DNA of 64,000 nucleotides, taken from assembly GCA_977016875.1 (NCBI GenBank), contig CDRNST010000122.1:868001-932000 (forward strand), written 5' to 3'. Position 1 is the stretch's first letter. Every line of letters begins with the position of its first letter. This stretch comes from Pavona decussata (taxonomy: Eukaryota). A program made the translations under genes and the position numbers. Below, piece after piece: positions 52,901-64,000 of this stretch. The notes under the pieces are model-generated. The model made no database searches. It was not told the DNA's origin and saw only the letters and a program-made list of their open reading frames with translations.

Positions 52901-55900
52901 CTGATATTTAGTTTAATTTATTTCTATTTTGAAATAGACAATTGATGCTTTGGATCAGTGGGAGGATTTAACTGACCTTGGTAAATGAATCATGAATTTA
53001 TTATGATTATGTCATACTTATGGTAACTGCAAGTCCTCTCAGACTAACTTTTGCCAAGTATTTCAAGAGCTTGGACTAGGTCTTGTACAAGGATGTCGAC
53101 ATTAATGAAAGAGTTTTTCCTCTATTTGAAACCATTCTTTGTAGCTTCTGAGTTTGAGATAAATCAATTTTCAAATTACTAAATCCTGACCGCTTTTTGT
53201 GGAGCTTAAGGATGCTTATCTTGATTTGCAAGGATTTTAACAGTAGTGAAGGTGTTTTCCCTCCACTTGAAACCATTCTCTGTTTTTTACAGGCCGTCAT
53301 CTTGCAGACATGCCACTCAGTCCACAGCTGGGGAAGATGATCTTGTATTCTGTCGTGCTCAAATGTCTGGACCCAGTGGTGACCATAGCTTGTGCACTGG
53401 CATACAGGGATCCTTGTAAGAATTTGTTATTTCTTTATTATTGATTAGCCGTATATATAGGCAAGCACCTTTGTGACAACTTAAATTTGAGGACATAACA
53501 ACTAATGAACCTTGAGAGGGAACAGTTAAACAACCGACAGGCCATATAACGGAAATCGGTCAGATCTAAACAGGCTTTTTCTGTCATGCTTTCCCCATTT
53601 CTGTGATGTTTTCTTTCTCTGTCACAGTTCTGTGCTCAGCACTGGCCAGCTCATTCCACTATATACAACACAATACAACAATACAAAACATATCAAAAGC
53701 ACTAATTACAATTTATGAAGTCCTTCATCTGGTGCCTGGCAAACAAACACCCTTAAAGATTGACAATGTGGACTGGTGACATAGTGGCTAAAATGTGTTT
53801 TTATTTAATCATTATTACCTTGTATCCCACCTTAGTTATCCTACCCACATACCCAGCCGAGAAGCGAGCAGCTGCAGCAGCCAGGAAACGATTCATCTTG
53901 GATCCATTTAGTGATCACTTGATCTTTGTCCAAGTGTTTAGGGTGAGTTTGTTTAACAACATGATGGTCATGAATAGCTTCTAATTAATCATTAGAAGAT
54001 TCTCTACTGAGGTGAATTAAGGCTGCATGGGGTACACAGCAGAATGCATGCAATATTGCATGCAACAAAGTTGCAGCATGTGTCCACCATAGACACTACA
54101 GCACTAGTTATTATACATCTACTTCAGAAATGTTCTTGGCTATTGATGGGGTTCACATGCAGTGTTGCATAATAAAAATATAATGTTGCACACATTCAAT
54201 GTGAGTATGACCAAAAACGTTCATTTTGTTGTCTGGAAATGTAATCACAACCCACAGCCCCCAACCCCTTTAATACCATCCTCAACAAACTCTGAATGTG
54301 TTGTGACCAACCAGACTGAGTTTACATACTTGTTATTTTTACAACCAGCAGCCAGCAAGATCACAATCAATAGTAATTTATTATTGTGACTTGCATGAAA
54401 TACACTTTCTCATGAATGCTCAGTACTGATTGCTTGTTTTTTGTTTGATTACTTGTTAGCTCAGTTTGAGTTAAATCTGAATGTTTGTGATGAGCCAGAT
54501 GTGATGAGCCCTCTGAAATTTTACTAGAAGAAGATAACTTTGCACGCAACAGTAGTTATTATCCTCTAGCACACAGGGGGAGCCAACCCTTGCAGCATAC
54601 TACATGTACTTGTTTTATGCTGCAAAACATTTCGAGAGGGACCTTTTTTGATTTGTGATAGTACTGTATTTGATGTTAAAAACACCTGACTAATTTCACT
54701 TAGTCTAATCAATAATTTAAACAAGATATCTTGTTAATAGCATAAAAGTTTACTTGTTTCCTACGAGACAGTGCCCACCTATGAAACTGTGCAATAGTCA
54801 TGTATTTCTGTCTTGTTTTCAGGGCTGGCAGCGTGCAAGATCAGAGGGACATGATAAGAGCTACTGCCACAGGAATTATTTGTCTCAAGCTACTTTAGAA
54901 ATGATGGCTGGCATGAGGTGAAAATGGAAAACACATATTTTATAGAAGCTCGCTACACTCATTCTTGTACTTACCTGAGCTGAATTTCTCTCAAGGGAGA
55001 AGAATTACTTCCTTATTTCAAACGATTTCTAACATTACCATCTGGTTTAGGGTGTCTCTTCAATAGGTATTGCAATGAAAACATGAAATGCAATTATTAT
55101 TAAGATGTAATTTTAAATGATTGGGAATTATGAGACATTTACTTCTAGTAAGTTATGTTCACACCAACCCAATATAAGCCCAAATGATCAGAAACTTTTC
55201 TCCCATAACAATTTTCCCCCCGGCCTGTGTTTGTTGTATAGCTACTGCTAAGCAAATTGTTCGGTGTACTTTCAGAATTGTCAGAAAAGTCATTGGTATC
55301 TTAGGGCAATAGGAGTGTTTTATATTAATTAAAAGTGCTTAATACATATAATAATCATTATGATCAATTGGTATTCTTTGCCTGGTATGCCTTTAACTTT
55401 TAGCTATGCATTCTTTGTGGTTGGTTGATGGATGATGGTGATGATGATGATGATGATGATGATGCATTGTTTCACAGGTCACAGATTCTTGGTCAATTGA
55501 AAGTTGCAGGTTTTATTCGGCCTCGTGGTGCAGGAGACATCAGAGACTTGAACTCAAACTCCAACAACTGGGCAGTTGTCAAGGCACGTCTTTAATTTAA
55601 CATAATCTTTAATACTGTGTGTGGCCTAAAGAGCCAATTAAAATGCAGTTATTGTGTAGAAAAATGGCAGACAGTGTAAGTGATTATTTACCATAGAAAT
55701 TACACTTTTTCTCTGGGATAGATATGAGACCACATTTCTTACACAATGGCCAAACTAAAGCCAGTTTCAAGGAATGTTGATTTCAAGGTCAAATCACCAG
55801 AGTATGCTCCTTTTTTCACAGAGAAACAAGAAAGGGACAGTCACCTTGGGCTTTCCTTTCCTACATCTTTTTAACTTGCACACTTGGCTAACAAAATTAA

Positions 55901-58900
55901 TCTTAAGATTCAAACTTTTGAACATTTACTGACAATAAGAGAAGTGCTAATAATTATGTAGAGATATTACTGAATGGATGTAATGTTAATTCAATGTAGG
56001 CAGCCCTCTGTGCTGGAACATTTCCTCAAATGGCCCGTGTGGACAGGAGTTCAAGCAAGCTAACAACCCAGTAGGAACTCAATTCATTATTTGACACTTT
56101 TCATTCCATTTGAAAAAGAAAGTCAAGGTTGTAGCTTCATTGTTATTGTAATCTGGTGTTTCTAATAATAATTATTTATTATTTCCACTCTTCAGGAAAG
56201 AGAAGAAAGCCTGTTTTCACAATTCCTCTATCCTTTATCAACCTCCATCACATGGGGAATCTATGTCTAGTGCTCAGGCTAAAGCCATCACAAAACTTCC
56301 TTCTGACTGGCTGATTTATGAAGAAATGGCAAGGTCTGTTTCCTCAGCTGAAGTTTTACTTGTACATGTTCTAAACAAGGGTATAATTATTATAATACAA
56401 GGCTGCAGAAAGTAAGTTAATTTAGTAAAACTGAGCATTTCCTTTTGATTGCTGCATTAGTTTTCTAAGACTGGTGGCGCAGGTTGAACAGGTATCAAGA
56501 CAGTACCTTTAAGCGGATGATTCTCTTTGTTCTTTTCACATATTTAGTTTAACATGTGTTTGTTTTTAAGGTTAATGTAAATGTTGATCAGAGGAATTTG
56601 ATGGAAGAGCAAGGCACTCTATCTCCTAGTTCATGATATTCTGTTTTCTCCTCATCTGCCTCCTTGAAATTGAGCTAATAAAAGTGAGGGGAATTATAAT
56701 GCTGATCATTTGGCTCTCTCCACAGACTGTACACCACAGTGACAGTAAAATGCTGCACACTTGTGTCCCCTATAACAGTGGCACTCTTCACTGGTCCTAG
56801 CCTCTCCTCTGAACATGTTACCCAGGATGCCTCAGCAGCTCGTGATGGTGAGAGATACCCTGGAGAAGGCTTTGGACGAGAGAGTGAAAGCAGTGACAGT
56901 GAAACAGAGGAGGACACAGGAGAGAAGGCTGGAGACAAGGGTGTCGTGTTCAAGGTGGATGACTGGATTGCACTGTCAGGAAACCAAGAGGTCAATACAA
57001 AGTCAAACCCCCCTTCTTTTCTCTCCTCTTTTGATAACAGCTAGTATAAAATTAAAATAAAATCTATAAAATCTCTTTTCTTAATAGTGTAATGTTTTCC
57101 ATCTTCCCATTACCAGCACACCCTTTAATTTCATGTTTTTGTCATTGTAGGCAACTTCATCTTAAATTTCACTTACAGGAAAAAAAATCTTTCTTTAGAA
57201 GTACATACACATGTTGCCACTTTTTAAAAATGCTGTGCTTAATGGAACTATTTCAGCTATTTTTATTAACATTTTAAAAAGCCAAACATCACACTATCAA
57301 ACACCAATGGACACCTAAAAATAAGGTCCAGTTGTGTTTATGATTGCTATAGTATTGCACTGTCTTGGCTGCAGATGGTTAGGATACAAATGGAATGGAA
57401 CTCATTAAGGCTTCCTGTAAGAATTCACTATAAATATTCTTCTTGGTGTATGGGGAAGAGTATTTATTCCCAGTAATACATGCAAATGACAGCAAAATCC
57501 TTGTAGCAAAGTCCCTTCAGTCTCATTGAACCTGACGAAAAGCCTAACAAATGGTTTATTTGTCATTGCAGGTTATAAACCATGTGTCATTTTTGCATCA
57601 CAAGTTGCAGGCACTCTTCATCAGAAGGATTCGATCTCCATCCAGACCATGGTCTCAGGTTGACGAGGTAACAAACAAGTTTTTAAGGCCAGACTAATGC
57701 TCCTGTAATCATGTCTTAAGTAAACTAAACTGTGCACACTTTTCTGGCTCAAGCTTGAAATTGGTCCAGAGGTAGCTATATATTGAAATGTTTTGGTTTG
57801 GTTTATTTAGTATGCACCAAATTAATACCAGTAACTGAGTAAGAACATTGATGAAAGGTCAAAAATCAAGGAACTAAATGCTGTGTTACAAAGTGAACTC
57901 TCTACTCTTATTTACCCTCTAATGCTAAATGCTTATGAGATTCTTCAACCAGAAGGAGGTGGGTCTTTCTGGCAATAAGAGGGAGAAAAAGTAATAGCCG
58001 TCGTTTCCATTGTTTTCATAACATTTTCATAGCTTTATTATGAAAAGATTATTGAATAAGTGTGTTGGTTTTTATTTTTGGTATAGATGGTTGTCCGTGC
58101 AATAGCATCTGTACTCACAGCTGAAGAGCAGGTCATGAATCCATCATTGTACCCACGCCAAAGAAGAACAAGACCAGGTAACATGACTGAAAGCTCTATC
58201 ATTCCATATGTTCTTTTTCAGGCACATCCTTTTTTTTTTTGGGACATATTTCAGATATTCTAAAATCAGTATAGCTTGAAAAATTTAACAATTCATATTC
58301 TTCTTCTAAAATAAGTACAGAGTGTATTGGATTCTTTTACTTTGGCCATTTGGATATTTTTCGTTTACAGGCAACAGATATAACATAGATTTTTCTTTGT
58401 ATTCCTTTTTTCAGAATGCACAGAATATGTCCCACAAAAAGGTGCCCTAAGTGTCATGTTTAGGAGAAATGGAAAGCATTTTTTGTTGTTTTATGTTCCC
58501 AAAACTGATGTGTTCACACTGGAAATCTTTTGTGGGTTGACTGATTGACACAATTCTCTAACATTTTTTTGTCCGATTAATTAATTAATTACAGTATGCA
58601 CATAGAATGTTATGTACAATCTACATTTATTTGATAAAGCTGCTTTCAACGTTCCCCAAACCATTAAATTTAACTCAGTTAATTCAACAATGTGTAATGT
58701 TATTGATAGAATTAGTATCTTATTGGCATATAGTAGGTATTGCATTGTAATGTAACTTTTCGCTGTCACTGACTGTTCAGGTTGTTCCCTACTGCATGCT
58801 TCCATTTGTTGGTACCATCTTTTGCTTGACTGCAGTGTGTTTTAGAGGTGGTTAACAGCACATTTTGTTATGAACTGATAGGGATTGAAAGTGGGCCTGA

Positions 58901-61900
58901 TTCAAGAGCAAGAATTGACAGGTATGATGTATGTTGATTTTAATCCAACAAACTATGAAAAATAACGTTTTTTGAGGATAGGCTGCATGGCAAGCACAGA
59001 ATATTCCCCAACACTGAGCTGAAAATGTCACAATAAAATTCTTTCATGACCTTTGTATTAATTTTTTCTGGTTTAGCAAAACTTCTGTCATTTTTCAGAT
59101 TACCCATCTTTCTTTTGTTGTTGCAGATGTTATCTCTTCTATATATTTGCAGGTCCCGCCCAGGAGTGCAATTTTCCTCCCCAAGAGAATACCTCCGTGA
59201 CTCCTCTGGTAAACTGTGATTAGTAAATATTTAACTTTTAACAAACTTTTACATCACATAATACACTGTAACATTCTTACATTTACTGATATCATGTGTC
59301 TTCATTAGGGCCACAAGTCAAAAAGGAAAGACCTTTGTCCCCTGAAGTAAGTTAATTGTCCCAAACATTTCTATGGTAGTGAACTTTATTTTTTATTTTT
59401 TAAAGAAAAAAGATAATGGTAGACATATTAGGTAAAAGCACAAGAAAAACAGTGTGGAAGCTATGGTTTTGATAATCTGTCATCACTATGTAAGCATCTA
59501 TTAATTACCTTCCCATACCTTACATTAAAGGTTACTAATGGGAAAAGAGCTTGACTGTACAACTTCAGGAGACAGTACAAGACATAAACACTTTTTGATT
59601 GCCAACAGCATCTCAGTTGGCATGGCCTTGACATTCTGATCAGCAAGTTGTAGGTTTTTTATCTAAGTCATTTCTTAGGAAAGGTCAAGTTTTTGCAGGA
59701 TATGACATAAACTTCACTAGCTTTTATTTTTTCTTCAACATATTTGTTGGCGAAGTTTGCCATAAGAGTGATAATGCTCACTTCAAAAATAAACATTCTA
59801 TACAAATAGCAACTCTTTATAATAATTAAAGGTTGTTGTTGTTGCATTTTGTGGGATATTTATGTCTGCACTGATAATATACTGGTTTATGTTTTGACTA
59901 ATATTTACTTGCCTTTGTAGAATGGGAGCAAAACATCCATTGATGGTTGGGTGTCAAGACCTGCTCAACTAAGTGAGGGTCAGTAATTTAGATGTTTTTT
60001 GCTATCATTTACAATGAAGGATGTGTGTTAGGATCATGATCTTTTAGAAGTGGTGCAATTGTATCTTTTTCTTCCATCCAGACACCTTGGAATTCCAAAA
60101 GGGAGTGGAGTTTTGTGGACTGGAATTCCAAAAGCATGGGGGATTGAGTATTTTGGAATTTCTAAAAGCAAGGGGTGGGGGAGGGGGGGATAAAAATAAT
60201 GATGCCACTCCTGGCTGGGTACAGACATTTTCTGAAATCATGCAGCTTCACCCGTAATTTATTTTCTATTCTCTCCCTTTTTCTTGTTGCAGCTCGTTAC
60301 TTTATCATGAAGTGCAACAATCAGAGAAACTTAGACATTTCCATGGCTAAGGTAACCAGTGTTATTTTCAGCATTGCCGTACAATGTCTCCCTCATTAAA
60401 TGAAGTTTATTTATTGATTGACTGATTGATTCATGAATTAATTGCTTTAGAGGAAAGTTCAAACTCTTTCCTATCTTGTTTGTTTTCCTACTTTTTATCA
60501 CTTTTGCAATGATGTAAAAAAAACGAGGCAACATTTATGAAGTTAACATACATGTAGCTTATTACAGTGTTCCATGTTAAATAAACATTAATGTTCTTTT
60601 TCTTTCATTGAAGGGGATCTGGGCGACAACACTGGCTAATGAAAAGAAACTCAACCGAGCTTTCAAGGTTAGATCATGTTGCCATTTTTGCAGTAAATTA
60701 TATACGGTCGAACCTCCCGTAAGCGACCACCCATAATGTCAAGGATATGTGGTCGCTTACGGGAGGTGGTCGCTTACCAGAGGTCAGACCACCGGGCGTC
60801 TAAATTTTGGGTAATTAACATATGGTAACTGTGGAGACCTAACCCTTTTGCCAGTGGTTATCGAAACCCAAAGTAATAGATTTACTTTAGACTGCCTGAT
60901 TTAGGAGCAACCAGTAAACGGCATTTTTGCAATGTTACATTTCAAGCGTAAAAATATGTTACTACTTTCACCTTTGTTTGTTTGTTACATAATCCAGTTG
61001 ACGTTCTTTATAGCCACAATTTTTCTGTTGAGTAATACAAGGTTGAGAGAGTTATCACCGGTCATGCATGTACATGCATGCTATTTACAAGATAAGAGAG
61101 TTTCTTTCCTACAAGGGATTCAACCTGATTAAAGTTTATCTCAGTGTAAACTATAGTGCATGTGTACGCTACTGATTGTTTCAATTCTGGTAGCTCCGGC
61201 TGTGAGATTTTAATACGGCATCCGCTGTAATGATGTGGCCAATATGTTACAGTGACACATTTTGCAATTTCCGCCTGTGAGAGATACAGCAGATCGTGTG
61301 TCAAGTGGTTGCCTACAGGAGGTTAAAAACAACTGAAATTTTTAAACAATCATCTCTAAAAGCGGTCGCTTACGAGAGGTGGTCGCTTACGACAGGTGGT
61401 CGCCTACAAGAGGTTCCATCTATAGTGACTTGACTTGAAAACGTTTGGTATTTTGGAAAAGTGGTCGCTAATGAGAGGTGGTCGCAAAGGGAGGTTCGAC
61501 TGTACTGCATCATTGTCATCTTAAAAGTTACTGGAATTTTTTTATAAGCAGGACCAAACTTTTCAGAACTTGCACTTTTATTAATGTAACAAACATGTAT
61601 AAAAACAAAAGGTATTTTAATCCTTAGGAAAGCAAGAATGTTATTCTTGTCTTCTCAGTGCAAGGAAGTGGCCACTTTCAAGGTGATGTTTTGTCTGAGA
61701 AATATTTTTCCTCTTACATCTCAACTTATCCTCACAACAGACCTCAAAAAGAAAAATGTTCACAGTCTTCTCGTGTTGGTGATTTTCTTTTAATTTTTCC
61801 AAGGCTATGCACAGATGACTTCACCCATTGGCAAGGACAAGTCACCTGAATTTGGTTCAAGTTCACTCAGTGGTGTGTTCAGCGTGGAATGGATCAAAAA

Positions 61901-63315
61901 GTATGACATCAGGATTTTATTTTTATTAGCTACAATTACACCCTTAAGCTTGCTTTACTGCGAGAATGAGAAATGAGACACCCTTCACCCTTTTCTTTTA
62001 AAGAACAAAGTTGATGAGGTACAGATACATGCAGCTTGTTATAAAGTAACAAGTTTGAGTCCTGTATAGTTATGTTATAGTATGGACTTATTTCCTCACA
62101 CATTCCTCTTTCCTTTGTTCCCTAGAGCCAGTATTCCATTCCAGCAAGCTCATCATCTGGTGAACCCATGGAATGACCATAAGAAGGTTCAGATCAGTCG
62201 TGATGGACAGGTCAGACCAACATACTTCTCATGCTCGTGTGTACACAATGTTCCTTATCGCCAGCATCTTAAAATAATGTTATATGTCTATCAGTGTTGA
62301 GACAGAATGGTTGTGGAGGAAGGGTTGCCAAGAGTGTAGACAGGGGTACAAGTAAGCGAGGTAGATTTGAAAGTGTTATTGGCAAGGATACAGGTGAGAA
62401 AGGTAGGGGTACAATACTGGTACAGAAGGGTGTTGGCTGGGGAGGCAGAGGTGAAGCTGCAGGAGGTAGAGGAACTTTTTTAGTATGCAGGAGTGCAAGT
62501 GTGTTCTGCAAAGCAGTGGTTAGTGAGGGAGGGATATGGATGTGGGAAGTAGGCTGGGATAAATGAGAACAAGAGTAAGATGTACTGATGTGGAAGCTAG
62601 AGTTTGAGATGTGGTCTTATGCAAGGATCTTTGCCTGTGTGGGAGGACTAGAGTATACAAAAGATTGGGTACACCTTGTGTGCAAGGGAAGGGATGAAGG
62701 TGTTAAATAAGCAGTGTAATTGTTCTTTTTTGTTGTTGTTCTTTTCTCTGTTGCATTTTGTTTTATCAGTTCAGTCAAATCATTGTTGTTCAAAGAAATG
62801 TGACAGTAATATCCATTAAATTTCAGGAGTTGGAACCTAAAATTGGTGAAGAGCTTTGCAAGTTGTGGGATGCTGATCAGTCTAGCCCTAGTGGACGCAC
62901 TCCAAGAACAACAAACAGCATCAACAGACGGAGCAAGCCATCTGGACCTGCTCAATCTGATCCCCACCCCTCCCCTAGTCAGTGGCAGAGTGCACAGCCA
63001 AACATTGGTTATACCACAATACAGCAAGTGTACACTACCCACACCCCCTCCCTGCCCATCCCTGTACCCATTCCTTCTGCACGGCACACCATCCCTGCAC
63101 ATTTTCCTCGTCATCAAGTTGTTGCAGCTCAGCCAATGGCTGTCCATACCCACCCAGCTGTACCATTTGGTGCACACGCAGTTGCACTGCAGTCTCAGTT
63201 TCGTCCAGCTGCAGCTCCCAGGTTCCCTGGAGCCATTGTGCAGCCAGCCCATATAAGGACAATGGGGCCCCCACCACGTGGTTCACGGGGACCATTTAAT
63301 GCTTCAAGGAAATAA
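37995..63315 (+). CDS. YTHDC2: 3'-5' RNA helicase YTHDC2 (R3H, DExH helicase with ankyrin insert, HA2/OB, YTH domain), about 45 exons
   Basis: Exon 1 37995-38115 (MAACG...[15 protein letters not shown]). R3H ~39494-39586 ([24 protein letters not shown]). Walker [11 protein letters not shown] ~40903-40947. DEIHERD and MSAAL ~43375-43531. Ankyrin [10 protein letters not shown] ~47038-47167. [15 protein letters not shown] ~51355-51436. Motif VI QRQGRAGR ~51890-52010. YTH exons ~60293-60351, 60614-60667, 61628-61682, 61804-61900 and 62126-62210 ([16 protein letters not shown]). Last exon 62827-63315. Confidence 0.96.
38887..39148. repeat. Tandem duplication, ~131-bp unit, 2 copies, in YTHDC2 intron 1
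   Basis: gatatg(g/a)aaaaa..ccaccctcc...aaataaatatgcaaacatggagtgtgttagcc...ttctgagccaatagaatagg occurs twice. Confidence 0.85.
41070..41310 (-). mobile_element. Degenerate SINE; a related copy lies on the plus strand at ~47235-47380
   Basis: Shared core: minus ttagacaagaaacttt..tctctcttcacccag..ataaat..ggcaacatactgg versus plus tcaagaaacttt..tcaccccagtgtctaaatgg..caacatactgg. Confidence 0.55.
45575..46270. repeat. 55-bp tandem minisatellite, about 12 progressively diverged copies
   Basis: Unit gattatagtgcattaaataggtgtttggaatatacagttttgatggttcgatgtt, with starts at 45882, 45937 and 45992. Confidence 0.9.
52515..52830. repeat. Degenerate (ACTG/ATTG)n simple repeat
   Basis: Repeated tgac, tgat and tcac units. 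Confidence 0.75.
60705..61502. mobile_element. Tc1/mariner(pogo)-type MITE in a YTH-domain intron
   Basis: TIR cggtcgaacctccc..gcgaccacc / ggtggtcgc...gggaggttcgactg, TA flanks, and many gaggtggtcgcttac subterminal repeats. Confidence 0.85.
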
Positions 63316-64000
63316 TAGCATTAATGTATATTGATGGTATAAAACATGTCACCTTTATAATCTTAAATTCATGCTATTTACAGGTTTTTAAAGGTAGGAA
63401 TTGAAGAAAAGAGAGCATTACTTTATGTAATTGATTACATGTGCTGACATACCATCTTGTGTCTTAGTTGAAATGTAAAATACAAAATTTGAACATTCAG
63501 AGCAATTTCCATAAATGTTAGGATCCAGTCATTTCCTACATTTTATGTGTGCAAGTTGTAATCTATGGTTGTCTTCATGGTCAGTATTATTTTGATACTA
63601 AGAGCTGAAGTAGAAACTATATATTAAGTGTTCAAGGCCAAAGTATTTGTAGGGATTCATATACACAGACAACTGTCAGAAGTTTAAAGATATTTATTAA
63701 TGACAATGAACAATATATTTTACAGGAACTTAAAAAGCAAAATTACATGACTTTGCTTATGTCTTACTGTTGGTGTGAGCTAAGCTCAGGACATAAACTA
63801 CCAGTCTCCATTTACAGGTATCATCTGCACTCTTCTCCATTTCAGAAATTCAGTTTTGTGACTGGGCACCACCTGTGCAGGCTAGGATCACTGGCATTGT
63901 TTGGATAGGAAGCAAAATGGTGCTCATTTTAGCTTCAAGTTTTTCTGTAAAAGGGAATGCTAAAAGCAGGTTGTTCACTTTTGTGAAGTTGAACCGAAAC

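Noticed and set aside
62294-62566. RG/GG-rich plus-strand ORF in the last YTHDC2 intron as an alternative terminal exon
   Set aside because: The in-frame acceptor lacks a pyrimidine tract and its use would delete the last YTH helix. The ORF is explained by purine-rich low complexity.
20189-63315. Intronic C/D snoRNAs or U12-type introns in NOL6 and YTHDC2
   Set aside because: I saw no convincing box C/box D pair with a terminal stem and no GTATCCTT/ATATCCTT donor at an exon boundary. A snoscan or Infernal run would be needed to exclude snoRNAs fully.

Overview
This is an AT-rich, intron-dense eukaryotic window. The repeat families look like those of a cnidarian, probably a stony coral (inference). 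I reconstructed four complete multi-exon genes by hand from splice signals and recalled protein homology: ELL (Pol II elongation factor, minus, 1555-11992), LSM6 (minus, 13351-17225), NOL6/Utp22 (minus, 20189-37802) and YTHDC2 (plus, 37995-63315). NOL6 and YTHDC2 are head-to-head, with start codons only 193 bp apart. The left edge appears to hold the promoter and first 5'UTR exon of a fifth, minus-strand gene that runs out of the window. Introns carry many non-autonomous DNA transposons (TA-, AWT-, CWG- and 7-bp-TSD families, some nested), tRNA-derived SINEs, short hairpin elements, a Penelope-type hammerhead remnant and tandem repeats. There is an assembly gap at 7180-7340. Most of the supplied ORFs are spurious or are exon fragments. 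I found no convincing new multi-gene system. The best leads are divergent features of YTHDC2 (W-to-F change in the m6A cage, long acidic insert, Pro/His/Gln-rich tail), a possible unannotated spliced gene between NOL6 and LSM6, a hydrophobic uORF ending in a UGA-CUAG readthrough context, and a nested transposon that hides a relic SAP-like reading frame. All homology statements come from recalled sequences, not database searches.
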